This document shows, one piece after another, positions 1 to 9,312 of a stretch of DNA of 64,000 nucleotides; the first letter of the stretch is position 1, and every line of letters starts with the position of its first letter. Source of the stretch: an uncultured Cryomorphaceae bacterium. Its GTDB lineage: Bacteria; Bacteroidota; Bacteroidia; Flavobacteriales_D; SKUL01. The translations under genes and the position numbers were made by a program. The notes under the pieces are model-generated. The model had not been told where the DNA came from and searched no databases. It saw only the letters and a program-made list of their open reading frames with translations. Location of the stretch: positions 65,755 to 129,754 of the forward strand of contig CAZARI010000002.1 in NCBI GenBank assembly GCA_964487545.1, in the 5' to 3' direction.

Positions 1-2894
1 TTGTTCTTTCCAAGGGATTTTTCCATCTCTTCGATTTTTTTACCGAGCGCTTCCTGCATCTTTTTAATCGATGAAGGTGATGGTTTACTTCCGGAGCCAC
101 CGGGTTTTTGGCAATTGCCGGTGCCAGGCATTTTTGCGGCCATTTGCATCTGCATTTGCTGCAGCGCTTCGTCGAGTAGTAAGGCCAGATTGTTCAGCGA
201 GGTCATTACATATTGCTGTCGACTTCTGGCTTGTGGCGTTTCACGTTCTGAAAGGTGATTAATGGCTTGCTCCATGTTTTGGTTGATGGCCGAAATTTCG
301 CGATTCACAATGCTCTGGAGCTGCTCAACGCGTTTTGAAAGCGCAAACAGACTGTCTTCGATGATTTTCGCATCGTCCATTACTTTTTTCTGCTCGTTGG
401 TAATGCGGTTGTATTGGGGGGCGCGGCTATCGGTAACGCCGAGCTCTTCCATAAGTCTTTCCTGCTCAAAAGAAAGGTGGATAATGTTGTTGAGCAATTT
501 TCGCAAGGCATCCATATCTTCTGCCGCGGCTTCATCTTGTGCTGCTGCCATTTGTGCCGCCATCTGATTGGCCATCTGTTTCATTTTGGTAGCGGCATCC
601 TGCTGCGATTCAGACGCATTGCTCTTCTGATTTTTTTCGAGTTCGTCAGAGCTGTTTTGCATGTCCTCTTCTATCGAATCCTCCATCTCCTGCGTGTCGT
701 CGAGATCCATCGGATTTTCAAGTTCTTCATTTTTCTTGTGCAAATCTTCTAGCTCTTCGCGAAGCTGCTCAAATTCTTCATTTAGCTCATCTTGTTTATC
801 TTTTATCTCTTCGGAATCAGCGTCTTCACCTGCACTTTCTTTGGAAAGTTCTTCTTGTTTTTTGGCCAGCTCATCTAATTTTTCAATGGTTTCTTCGAGT
901 TGCATTTCAAATTCTAATTGCTTGAACTGCTCCAGAGCGCGGTCCAGCTCTTTCTCGATATCCTTGCTGTCCCATTGCATTTTGTCGAGTTCCTGCTGAA
1001 TTTTATCCTTGTCCAGCTCTTCCATTAGCTCTTGAAGCCGCTCATACATCTCTTTCATTTCGGGCGTCATCAGCTCATCGAACAGTTGCTCCAGACGCTG
1101 CTGTTTTTCAAGCAGCTCCTCGTTCATTGGCTGGTACTCCTGCTGTTGTCGATTGAGCTGCTGATTCTGTTGTTTTAAACGCTCTACCCGATTTTGCATT
1201 TGCTGTTGTCTTTTCAACACCTCCTCGAGCTTCTTCTTGTCTTGCCAGGTCATTTCCTTTTTTTGAAGCAAATCTTCGCGAAGATTGTCCAGCTCTTCTT
1301 GCAAGGCACGCGCTTCCTTGATGCTTTCTTCAAGATCATCTTTAATTTTGGTGTTGGTTTCAGCACGTTGTTCTGACAGCTCCTCTTTGGTAGGAGACTT
1401 AAAAGTTAAGGTTTGTGATCGGCTGGATTTAGCACCGTTAACGGCATCGTTGTCCCACACCTCGAAATAATATTCAATCACTTCGCCCGCGGAAAGATGG
1501 AGTTCTGCTAAGTTCCAGTAGTGATAAAACTGTTGTTGGGTTTGGTTCGATACGAAGCCAAGGTTTTGTCGCACCAATTCCCGACTGCGAAGCGAGTCGG
1601 TGGTTTCGGTAAATCGGTAGTTGAATGTCAAACGTGAAAAGCCGTAATCGTCTTTTAATAGCCCATTGAAATAGCGGGTTTTAGACGTGGTGCTATCAAT
1701 TTTTTCTTCCACCTCAACAGAGGGATACGCATCGGGCACCACTTGAATGCGGTAGGGAATGCTATCACGCAGCGGGACAAATTGGTTGGTGGCACGAATG
1801 GCATAGCGCTGATCTTGCATAGCTCGGGCAGAAAAATCGAAACTATTGCCCCCGACGCGTTCCGGTCGATGCCATTGGTCGTTGATCCAAACCGAAAGGC
1901 TGTCCACATCTTTGGTGTTGAATCGCCACTTTATCTGCGTTCCCTGCGGAACGTTGATGTTGCCCATATTCTGGTGCCTTTCGGGCGCATAACCGGTGTA
2001 TTCCGGATACTCAAGATCGACCTGAAAGTGGAGTAATACCGGAGCCGGAATAGCTTCTAGCTCGTATCGTTGCGAGTTGAATCCGCCGGCCTCAAATGCA
2101 AATGCAATGTTTTTCTGGATAGCGTTGAAGGTGTGGCGATAGCGAAATTTTCCAGCGTTTTTCATTCGCATGGTCTGCCCATCAACCATGAGGTAAACAT
2201 TTTCGGGAATCTGGTTTCCCTCTAACCGCAGCGTGAGTTCGAAGTCCTCATTGGTAGGCGATTGGAGCACCGTGTTTTCAACTACAAACCGAAAAGGGGC
2301 AACGGGTTCAAACGCCTCGCCGTAGCGAACAATCCGGGCGGTTGAGTCGGTGAGAATATTTGGCGCCGCCACCAAAAGCAACAGCAATACCACCAAAGGC
2401 GGCAAAGTGAATTTCAGGTACTTCTTGTTTTCACCAAAATCTACGGCATCTGTAAACGGAACTGGCTTTAGCTCGTTGATTTTCTGATCTATACTTGCCA
2501 GCAGCAGGTCTGATTTTGTTTCGCGGCTCTGGGTTTCGAGCTGCAGCACGTTGATCAGCTTGTCTTTAACATTTTCGAAGTGCTTGCCAATAATAGCCGA
2601 AGCTTGCTCGTGACTGATGGTTTTGCTGAGGCGTGTTAGCCGCGTGAGGGGCATCACAATGTAAATCACCGCTACCATCGTTGAGGCGGCAATCAGGCCG
2701 TAGAACAAAACCGTCCTGACGGTAGAGTTAAATTGACCGAAATACTCGAGAATGACGGCTGTGAGATAAAAAATGATGACCAACCCCAAGCTGTACAAAA
2801 ACCCCTTGATGATTTGATTTTTGTAATACTTTCGGATAAAGGCATCTAGCTTTTCAATCAGCTCGTTGTATCGGTATGTAGCGTTTTTTGACAC
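1..2894 (-). CDS. DUF4175-like membrane and coiled-coil protein, C-terminus cut by the window edge (absent from the supplied ORF track)
   Basis: Hand translation of the minus strand from GTG at 2894 is uninterrupted to position 1. It reads VSKNATYRYNELIEKLDAFIRKYYKNQIIKGFLYSLGLVIIFYLTAVILEYFG..., with two N-terminal TM helices, then ...YFEVWDNDAVNGAKSSRSQ..., then a coiled coil of more than 450 aa rich in E/Q/K/M (QMANQMAAQMAAAQDE, LQQMQMQMAAKMPGTGNCQKPGG). An in-frame TAA lies two codons upstream of the GTG. The low-complexity plus-strand ORFs at 1-1470 are mirror images of this gene. Confidence 0.8.
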   Translation of the reverse strand, partial: MSKNATYRYNELIEKLDAFIRKYYKNQIIKGFLYSLGLVIIFYLTAVILEYFGQFNSTVRTVLFYGLIAASTMVAVIYIVMPLTRLTRLSKTISHEQASAIIGKHFENVKDKLINVLQLETQSRETKSDLLLASIDQKINELKPVPFTDAVDFGENKKYLKFTLPPLVVLLLLLVAAPNILTDSTARIVRYGEAFEPVAPFRFVVENTVLQSPTNEDFELTLRLEGNQIPENVYLMVDGQTMRMKNAGKFRYRHTFNAIQKNIAFAFEAGGFNSQRYELEAIPAPVLLHFQVDLEYPEYTGYAPERHQNMGNINVPQGTQIKWRFNTKDVDSLSVWINDQWHRPERVGGNSFDFSARAMQDQRYAIRATNQFVPLRDSIPYRIQVVPDAYPSVEVEEKIDSTTSKTRYFNGLLKDDYGFSRLTFNYRFTETTDSLRSRELVRQNLGFVSNQTQQQFYHYWNLAELHLSAGEVIEYYFEVWDNDAVNGAKSSRSQTLTFKSPTKEELSEQRAETNTKIKDDLEESIKEARALQEELDNLREDLLQKKEMTWQDKKKLEEVLKRQQQMQNRVERLKQQNQQLNRQQQEYQPMNEELLEKQQRLEQLFDELMTPEMKEMYERLQELMEELDKDKIQQELDKMQWDSKDIEKELDRALEQFKQLEFEMQLEETIEKLDELAKKQEELSKESAGEDADSEEIKDKQDELNEEFEQLREELEDLHKKNEELENPMDLDDTQEMEDSIEEDMQNSSDELEKNQKSNASESQQDAATKMKQMANQMAAQMAAAQDEAAAEDMDALRKLLNNIIHLSFEQERLMEELGVTDSRAPQYNRITNEQKKVMDDAKIIEDSLFALSKRVEQLQSIVNREISAINQNMEQAINHLSERETPQARSRQQYVMTSLNNLALLLDEALQQMQMQMAAKMPGTGNCQKPGGSGSKPSPSSIKKMQEALGKKIEEMEKSLGKN

Positions 2895-3017
2895 AGTTTA
2901 GTTAACGACAAAAAGGATGAACTGTTTTATACTTCCCCCAAAGTTAAGCGAAAATTCAGATCCTGCGCTTCAGTAGTGCGCTTTAACACTCTTTGGGTGA
3001 TGGCAATAGCGACGGGC

Positions 3018-3061
3018 CATAAAACAAACAAGGCGCTGGATGTGAAACCAAGCGCCTTGTT
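3018..3061 (-). terminator. Rho-independent terminator of the 3081-5066 gene
   Basis: An 11-bp perfect stem (AACAAGGCGCT 3027-3037 / AGCGCCTTGTT 3051-3061) with a 13-nt loop. On the minus strand it is followed by TTGTTTTAT. Confidence 0.6.
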
Positions 3062-3080
3062 ATAAGTCGGTCGTTTGGTT

Positions 3081-5066
3081 TTATCTGATCATTACCCGCA
3101 GACTAACCGGTTTTTTCCCGTCCGACAGCATCAGCAGATACTGTCCCGAGCTCAGCCCTGTAACGTCGAAATACTGGTAACTCAGCTGGTTAGCGTTGTG
3201 CGTTCCGAAGTGACGCACCATTCTACCGCTGAGATCGGTCAGAACCACCTCAACATCGCTATTTAACGCGGAGGTTGATCTTAGGTTAAAGCCATCAACA
3301 GCCGGATTGGGGTACAGCGCAAAATGATTAGCGTTCAGTGTATGTTCTTCTACCGACACCGTTGAAATAAAAGTCGGAGTACTGATGGTGCATCCATAAT
3401 CGGTGGTAACCACTACCCAATAGGTTCCGCCACTGGTGGGTTCAAATATTGGTCCATCGGCTCCGGGAACAGGTACACCCCCTTTTACCCACATATAGCT
3501 GGCAAAGCCCTCGGGAACAGATAAGGTGCTGCCATCTGCTGAAACAGAAATTTCTACAGACGGACAGACGAGCATTGGTGTAGAAGTAATCGTGCAGCCA
3601 AAACCCGCTTCAACAACTAAGTAATACCACCCATAGTCGCTGACAATCAAAAACGATTGTGTAGCTCCCAGTACGGGCTCATCCTGGAAGTACCATTGAT
3701 ACGATGAATAATTGCTCACGCTCGATATAATTCCATTTTGCGCATTGTAGGTGATCTCCACACTCGGACAAACAATGAAAACATCACTCGCCGACGAACA
3801 GCCAAATCCGTTTTGTGCAACAACGTGATATTCGCCGGGAGTGGTGGCCTGAATTTGAGAACCCGTTTCACCAGTAATCAATACGCCATTCAGATACCAG
3901 TTGTAGCTGATAATGGTTGAGTCCGCGACCACCGACAACCAGTTGGTGTTTTCATCAAACTCAAGAAGTGGTTTCGATGAAGGGAAAACGGTGATTATTT
4001 CACTATCGAAGAAGGTGTTGCCCACCTGGCTTGACACGGTGAGTGAGCCGGAAGTGCCGCCAGCACCGCTAAAGTTGATGGTTCCCTCACCGGTGATATT
4101 AAAAGAGAATGTTCCCAAATCGTCATTTGAAGAGACAGCATCTTCATCCCAAATTTGAATGGTATAGGGTGGGTTGGCGGCAACGATACTTAATTCTGAC
4201 CACGATGCCGCAAGAACGTCATCTACCACATTCGATTGAAACAACAGGTTACCTCCCGCATCTCGAATCTGAAAAAACAAATCAGGCAAAAGGCCAAAAA
4301 ACCCATCGCAGGTAGGTTCTTCTATGTCGCCACACCAATTGTCATTTACAGAGTTAACCGAAACATGGGTGATTATATATTCCAGAAATTGGGTTTCGAG
4401 GGTGACTTCGTAAGTACCCGTATCACCATAAAATTGAGTTGGCGGAACCTGCAGGTCGCTGGTTTGCCCGTTGCCAAAATCCCACAACCAGGAGGTGGGC
4501 GTTGGATCGGCGTTTAATAGTGCTTCGAAATTTACGAATAAAGAGTCGCAGCCGATGTTTACATCATAGGTGAAACTGGTGTTTTCGCCGGTTCCGGGCA
4601 GTACCGTCAGCTCAAGCTGAAAACTTTGGTTTTGGTTTACTTCAATCCCAAAGGCTGGAACGTACACCGCAGCTACAAAGTTGATGTTGATATTATAGGT
4701 GCCTGGACTAAGCGGCGTTCCGCATATCCGCGCACAGCCATGTTCGCTGATGGCCGGCTGATAAATTCCTGTAGGTTCATTCATTTCTACATTCATCCCA
4801 AAAGGCAATCCGGTGGTTCCGATAATGGTGACTTGATTGAATACCACATCCACTCCGTTTTCAACCTCAAAAAATTCATGAGGGGTGTAAAACGTAATGT
4901 CGGTTTCATAAAACTGGCCAGCGGAGGCATCGGGCAGCGAGCCTGGGCACATGGTAGGATACGCTGGTGACAATACACAACTGGTGTCAGGAATGCAGGT
5001 GTCGCATTGAGCATGAGCACTCAAAACACCGCCTAATAACATAACGAAAAGTAAAAATCTGTTCAT
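3081..5066 (-). CDS. Secreted T9SS cargo protein with a Cys-rich N-terminus, a PKD-like domain, three tandem repeats and a C-terminal sorting domain
   Basis: Signal peptide MNRFLLFVMLLGGVLSAHAQ. PKD-like signature 'WLWDFGNGQTS...GTYEVTLE'. C-terminal 'LYPNPAVDGFNL...GQYLLMLSDGKKPVSLRVMIR', typical of a T9SS type A CTD. Confidence 0.8.
   Translation of the reverse strand: MNRFLLFVMLLGGVLSAHAQCDTCIPDTSCVLSPAYPTMCPGSLPDASAGQFYETDITFYTPHEFFEVENGVDVVFNQVTIIGTTGLPFGMNVEMNEPTGIYQPAISEHGCARICGTPLSPGTYNININFVAAVYVPAFGIEVNQNQSFQLELTVLPGTGENTSFTYDVNIGCDSLFVNFEALLNADPTPTSWLWDFGNGQTSDLQVPPTQFYGDTGTYEVTLETQFLEYIITHVSVNSVNDNWCGDIEEPTCDGFFGLLPDLFFQIRDAGGNLLFQSNVVDDVLAASWSELSIVAANPPYTIQIWDEDAVSSNDDLGTFSFNITGEGTINFSGAGGTSGSLTVSSQVGNTFFDSEIITVFPSSKPLLEFDENTNWLSVVADSTIISYNWYLNGVLITGETGSQIQATTPGEYHVVAQNGFGCSSASDVFIVCPSVEITYNAQNGIISSVSNYSSYQWYFQDEPVLGATQSFLIVSDYGWYYLVVEAGFGCTITSTPMLVCPSVEISVSADGSTLSVPEGFASYMWVKGGVPVPGADGPIFEPTSGGTYWVVVTTDYGCTISTPTFISTVSVEEHTLNANHFALYPNPAVDGFNLRSTSALNSDVEVVLTDLSGRMVRHFGTHNANQLSYQYFDVTGLSSGQYLLMLSDGKKPVSLRVMIR
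3366..3974 (-). repeat. Three tandem repeats of about 67 aa inside the T9SS cargo gene
   Basis: Protein residues about 365-432, 433-500 and 501-567 share the pattern CPSVEI...Y.W...G..V.G......(P/S)G.Y.VV....GC..(S/T)...(V/I). Examples are 'ISYNWYLNGVLITGETGSQIQATTPGEYHVVAQNGFGCSSAS', 'SSYQWYFQDEPVLGATQSFLIVSDYGWYYLVVEAGFGCTITS' and 'ASYMWVKGGVPVPGADGPIFEPTSGGTYWVVVTTDYGCTIST'. Confidence 0.7.
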
Positions 5067-5153
5067 GGTTAATGATTTGGTTAGCGATGTAATATTAATG
5101 AATTCTTATGTAGAACAAGTAATCACTGTTAAATGATGCCGCGGTAATTCCAC

Positions 5154-5161
5154 TATCTTTG
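5154..5161 (+). promoter_or_regulatory. Bacteroidetes-type -7 box (TATCTTTG) upstream of gltX
   Basis: Matches the TAnnTTTG consensus, 17 nt before the gltX ATG. No clear -33 TTG was seen. Confidence 0.4.
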
Positions 5162-5177
5162 CGCAAAATTTCAGTAA

Positions 5178-6698
5178 ATGACCGAACCAGTTGTAAGAGT
5201 ACGATTTGCACCGAGCCCAACCGGTCCGCTGCACATGGGGGGAGTGAGAACAGCCCTTTACAATTATCTGTTTGCCAAAAAACACAATGGAAAGTTTATT
5301 CTGAGAATTGAAGATACCGATCAATCACGATTTGTTCCGGGAGCCGAAGAATACATTATTGAATCACTGAAATGGTGCGGAATTGTTCCCGACGAGGGTC
5401 TCTCATTGGGCGGTCAAAGTGGTCCTTACCGGCAGTCGGAACGCAAACAGTTGTATCGTCAGTATGCCGACCAACTCATTGAAAGCGGCCATGCCTATCT
5501 GGCTTTTGACACACCCCAAGAACTCGAAGATGTTAGAGAACGCGCCAAGCAAGCCGGAGTGGCTTCCTGGCAGTACAATCACATTACGCGCAGCAGCATG
5601 AAAAACGCACTCACCTTGTCTGCAGATGAGGTGAAAGCGCGACTGGATGCGGGCGACCCCTACGTGATCAGAATAAAAATGCCGCGCAATGAAGAAATTC
5701 GAGTAAACGATCGTATTCGTGGCTGGGTAGTGGTCAACAGCAATCAGCTTGATGATAAAGTGTTGTATAAAAGCGACGGAATGCCCACCTATCATCTGGC
5801 CAATATTGTGGACGATCACTTGATGGAAATTACCCATGTTATTCGCGGCGAAGAATGGCTCCCTTCGGCTCCGCTACATGTGCTACTGTATCGGTACTTT
5901 AATTGGGAGGCCCCCGAGTTTGCGCACCTACCGTTATTGCTTAAGCCCGAAGGAAGTGGCAAGCTCAGCAAAAGAGATGGCGACCGACTTGGCTTTCCGG
6001 TGTTTCCGCTGGAATGGCAAGATCCGCAAACCGGTGAAATATCATCGGGCTACCGCGAGAAGGGATATTTTCCCGAAGCTTTTATAAATATGCTCGCACT
6101 GTTGGGATGGAATCCAGGCACCAATCAGGAAATATTTTCACTGAGTGGATTAGTGGAAGCCTTTAGTCTGGAGCGCGTGGGCAAATCGGGATCAAAGTTC
6201 GATCCGGACAAAGCACGATGGTTTAATCAGCACTATCTGCGCGAAAAATCGGATCAGGAATTGACTGATTTGTTCATGCCATTGCTAAAGAGTCGGGGTT
6301 TTGACCCAGATCAAGCCTATGTAATAAAAGTGGTGGAGCTGTTGAAAGAACGCGCTGTTTTTGTGTCGGATATGCTTGAGGGCGAATACTTGTTTAAAGC
6401 TCCCGAAACATACGACGAGCAAACTCAAAAGAAAAAATGGAAAGCACAAACGCCGGAAATGATGGTCGAGCTGGCAGAGCGTTTTAGCGAGTTACCTACG
6501 TTTGAATCGGCTTTGGTAGAACAGGAGTTCAAGGCTTTTATCCAGGAAAAAGAAGTGGGAATTGGTGCGGTAATGCCCAACCTTCGGCTATTGCTTACGG
6601 GTCAGGGTGCCGGACCATCGCTGTTTGATGTATGCGAACTCTTAGGGCGGGATGAAGTATTGACACGGATGGAGACTGGACTAAAAAGAATAGGGTAA
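5178..6698 (+). CDS. gltX: Glutamate--tRNA ligase
   Basis: 506 aa. Class I HIGH-type motif 'PSPTGPLHMGGVRTAL' and KMSKS variant 'GSGKLSKRDG'. Confidence 0.95.
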   Translation: MTEPVVRVRFAPSPTGPLHMGGVRTALYNYLFAKKHNGKFILRIEDTDQSRFVPGAEEYIIESLKWCGIVPDEGLSLGGQSGPYRQSERKQLYRQYADQLIESGHAYLAFDTPQELEDVRERAKQAGVASWQYNHITRSSMKNALTLSADEVKARLDAGDPYVIRIKMPRNEEIRVNDRIRGWVVVNSNQLDDKVLYKSDGMPTYHLANIVDDHLMEITHVIRGEEWLPSAPLHVLLYRYFNWEAPEFAHLPLLLKPEGSGKLSKRDGDRLGFPVFPLEWQDPQTGEISSGYREKGYFPEAFINMLALLGWNPGTNQEIFSLSGLVEAFSLERVGKSGSKFDPDKARWFNQHYLREKSDQELTDLFMPLLKSRGFDPDQAYVIKVVELLKERAVFVSDMLEGEYLFKAPETYDEQTQKKKWKAQTPEMMVELAERFSELPTFESALVEQEFKAFIQEKEVGIGAVMPNLRLLLTGQGAGPSLFDVCELLGRDEVLTRMETGLKRIG

Positions 6699-7057
6699 TG
6701 GGTGTAATACGGGTTGAAGGAATATCATTGTACGCCTATCACGGCTGTCTCGAAGAAGAAGCCATGATTGGCAGCGAGTATTTGGTTGATGTGGAGCTGG
6801 AAAGCGATTTATCTGTTGCTGAAGAGAATGACGACCTTTCTTGCACCATCGATTATGTGAGGGTTCACGAAATTGTGCGCAACGAAATGAAGGTGCGATC
6901 GAACCTCCTTGAGCATGTTGTACGGCGTATTATCGAATCGGTATGCGAGGTGTTTCCAGAACTGATTTCCGTAAAAGTTAGGGTAGCAAAGCTAAATCCA
7001 CCAATCAACGGAGTGGCTAAAAACGTGAGCGTTGAGCTCGCCAGACAACTAAAATAA
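6698..7057 (+). CDS. folB: Dihydroneopterin aldolase
   Basis: 119 aa. 'IRVEGISLYAYHGCLEEEAMIGSEYLVDVEL' fits the FolB family pattern. The start shares 1 nt with the gltX stop (TAATG). Confidence 0.8.
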   Translation: MGVIRVEGISLYAYHGCLEEEAMIGSEYLVDVELESDLSVAEENDDLSCTIDYVRVHEIVRNEMKVRSNLLEHVVRRIIESVCEVFPELISVKVRVAKLNPPINGVAKNVSVELARQLK

Positions 7058-7087
7058 CACCGGGGTTTGTCTATGACGCAAAAAAGT

Positions 7088-7095
7088 TAACTTTG
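7088..7095 (+). promoter_or_regulatory. -7 box (TAACTTTG) of the tRNA-Cys promoter
   Basis: TAnnTTTG match 19 nt upstream of the tRNA 5' end, with a TTG 18 nt further upstream. Confidence 0.5.
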
Positions 7096-7114
7096 CGTTC
7101 CGTTAAAACAACAG

Positions 7115-7185
7115 GGTTCCGTGGCCGAGTGGCTAGGCAGAGGTCTGCAAAACCTCGTACAGCGGTTCGAATCCGCTCGGAACCT
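7115..7185 (+). tRNA. tRNA-Cys (GCA)
   Basis: Cloverleaf folded by hand. Acceptor GGTTCCG/CGGAACC, anticodon stem GAGGT/ACCTC with loop CTGCAAA, T arm AGCGG-TTCGAAT-CCGCT. Length 71 nt, CCA not encoded. Confidence 0.9.
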
Positions 7186-7194
7186 CAAAAGAAA

Positions 7195-7221
7195 CCCCGT
7201 CAACGCTGGCGGGGTTTTTTT
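7195..7221 (+). terminator. Rho-independent terminator after tRNA-Cys
   Basis: Stem CCCCGTCA/TGGCGGGG (8 bp including G-U pairs), loop ACGC, followed by T7. Confidence 0.75.
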
Positions 7222-7252
7222 GTTTTCCAATTGATTGCTTTTAAATGGGGTG

Positions 7253-8089
7253 CTAAAGCCCTAACTTTTTCAGTGCCAGTTGTGGCCGCAAAGAAAAAAA
7301 CAGGATGGGGTTGTTGCTTTTTTTCAACTTCATGTGGTAAAAGAATTTCAAATCAAGAATAAGCTGATCAGCTACCGGAAGCTCTTTTTTATATCGCTTA
7401 TACACAGCGAGTTTTGTGATTTTTGTACCTGTGTTTGAATTTTGAAATGTTTTGGTTTCTTCGTGCAGAACAAAGTTCCCGATATTGGTATCATCATAAT
7501 GCACCTTGGCGTGTTTCAGCAGCCTGATCATCATTTCGTAATCAAGCACATAGTGTTCCCTTTCATCGTAAAACCCAGCAACCTCGTGCAGCTTTTTTGA
7601 ATAGAAATAAGAGGAAGGGTTTGATGGAAAAACATCCGGCCTCCAGATTTGTAATATTTGGGGATAACCACAGTTTTTAGGCTTTCTGACGGATTTAATT
7701 TGATCTTCTGCATCCCGTATAATACAATTGCCAACCAAAATGTCAGAATCTCCAATTGCTGAAAGCCGATCCAGCACCCAACACAATATTTCCGGCTCGA
7801 AATAATCGTCAGCATTTAGAAAAGTGATGAACTTTCCCCTTGCCTTGCGAATGCCTCTATTCATGGCATCAGACTGACCCGAATCTGCTTCAGAAAAGAA
7901 ACGAAGATGTGGGTGACGTGCAGCATAATTTTCGACGATTTTGGCCGTATTATCTTCACTGCAATTGTCCTGTATAATGTGTTCTATGTTGGTGGCCTTT
8001 TGACCAATTACGTTTTGAATGCATCGCTCAACAAACCGTCCGCTGTTATATGAAGGCGTAATAATGCTTAATAAGACACGATCGCTCAT
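7253..8089 (-). CDS. Family 2 (GT-A) glycosyltransferase
   Basis: 278 aa. N-terminal 'LSIITPSYNSGRFVERCIQNVIGQ' and DxD-type 'FLNADDYF'. The region is visibly AT-richer than its neighbours. Confidence 0.8.
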   Translation of the reverse strand: MSDRVLLSIITPSYNSGRFVERCIQNVIGQKATNIEHIIQDNCSEDNTAKIVENYAARHPHLRFFSEADSGQSDAMNRGIRKARGKFITFLNADDYFEPEILCWVLDRLSAIGDSDILVGNCIIRDAEDQIKSVRKPKNCGYPQILQIWRPDVFPSNPSSYFYSKKLHEVAGFYDEREHYVLDYEMMIRLLKHAKVHYDDTNIGNFVLHEETKTFQNSNTGTKITKLAVYKRYKKELPVADQLILDLKFFYHMKLKKSNNPILFFSLRPQLALKKLGL

Positions 8090-9312
8090 AGGCTCAAAAG
8101 GGTGTTTTTGTATTTTAGAAGTGATTCTTTTCCGGTTAATTCCACAAAGTGTTTTCCGATAGCGCTATAGTCTGAATTTTGCTCCAGCCGGGTCATTAAG
8201 TCGGAAGCTTGTTCAAAACGAAGCGCTTCCGGAAGCGGGTGGCACGGAATATCGGACTTTAGTTGGAATACCGGCATTCCTCTTCGCAACAACTCATACA
8301 TCATGCTGGTGGTATGCCCAACTACGAAACGCAAATTTTCCAGTTTCACAGCAGCGGTGTCAATCCTAACTTGTTTGGTGTGGGTGTAATCCTTGAGCGA
8401 AGTAGTGGGGTGCAGGCGCAGCGAAATAGTCCAATTATGACGGGAAGCTATTTCGCAGGCAATGTCCAGTAGTTGCTGGTTGTGTGAAGCATACATCTTT
8501 TGATCAAATAGCACCATAAAAATGAGGGAATCGCGACTTGGGTTCACAACGCCCAATAAGGTGGGCTTTCCGCAGATGATCACTTTTGAGTTTGGATGAT
8601 GTTGGAGAATTAAATCTGAAGTGTTTTTCCCCCAAGCCAGAAAATATTCGGCGACGGTATTTTCGTAATTTACTACATTAACCGTGTGCGTGTTGCCATA
8701 ATCTACATATAAGCCATGCTGCAGGGTAATAGTTTTGCTGCCGAGGTTTTTAAAATGCTGAGCAATCGCATTATCTAATGGCTGCATATCGGCAAATACA
8801 ACCACGACTTTGGGCCGATGCACTTCCATCATTTTTGCAATCTGCAGGTAGCCGATCATTTTTATGTAGAAAAAAACTGCCGCGTGCGAACCGATTTTCC
8901 GAATCAAGTACAACAATATTCCCGCATGTTTTACAAACAGAATAACCCCGGCAGTGTTAATGCTTTTTCGGTAAGTTAGGTCATTGTATACGCAACTGGA
9001 CCTCCCTTCTGTTGTATCGATGATTTTAAAGAATAAGTCGTCGTAATCTGCTCTGGGAAGTGATTTCAAAAATAAATAATCCACGGGTGATGCAACATCG
9101 TCTTTGGGTATTTCCGGCACCCTTGCAAACAGGTCAAGCAGATAGGATCTGATCATGCCGAGCGTAATCCTAAAGTACTTTAACGATCGTAGAGAATAAC
9201 GCTGTCGTTCTGGAACACGCTCAAATCGGTAGAAATGAACCGCCAATATTTTATCCCACACCAGATTTGCGAGTGAGATGTGCTTAAAATGGTTTTTCAA
9301 ATGTTCCAACAT
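8086..9312 (-). CDS. Hypothetical protein, possibly a GT-B/TagF-like polysaccharide-modifying enzyme
   Basis: 408 aa. There is a 4-nt overlap (ATGA) with the downstream GT2 gene. 'TLQHGLY', 'FLAWGKN', 'LRLHPTTS' and 'VVGHTTSMMYELLRRGMPVF' weakly recall the C-terminal halves of glycerophosphotransferase or capsule-synthesis enzymes. The family was not recognised with certainty. Confidence 0.5.
   Translation of the reverse strand: MLEHLKNHFKHISLANLVWDKILAVHFYRFERVPERQRYSLRSLKYFRITLGMIRSYLLDLFARVPEIPKDDVASPVDYLFLKSLPRADYDDLFFKIIDTTEGRSSCVYNDLTYRKSINTAGVILFVKHAGILLYLIRKIGSHAAVFFYIKMIGYLQIAKMMEVHRPKVVVVFADMQPLDNAIAQHFKNLGSKTITLQHGLYVDYGNTHTVNVVNYENTVAEYFLAWGKNTSDLILQHHPNSKVIICGKPTLLGVVNPSRDSLIFMVLFDQKMYASHNQQLLDIACEIASRHNWTISLRLHPTTSLKDYTHTKQVRIDTAAVKLENLRFVVGHTTSMMYELLRRGMPVFQLKSDIPCHPLPEALRFEQASDLMTRLEQNSDYSAIGKHFVELTGKESLLKYKNTLLSL

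Noticed and set aside
1-1470. Cluster of plus-strand ORFs (1-258, 262-567, 414-752, 661-999, 1194-1376, 1285-1470) with Ser/Leu/Cys/Phe-rich low-complexity translations.
   Set aside because: They are mirror images of the E/Q/K-rich coiled-coil region of the genuine minus-strand DUF4175-like gene.
7093-7362. 89-aa plus-strand ORF. A similar 108-aa plus-strand ORF lies at 9677-10003.
   Set aside because: They read straight through tRNA-Cys and its terminator, and through tRNA-Arg, respectively. They are not protein-coding.
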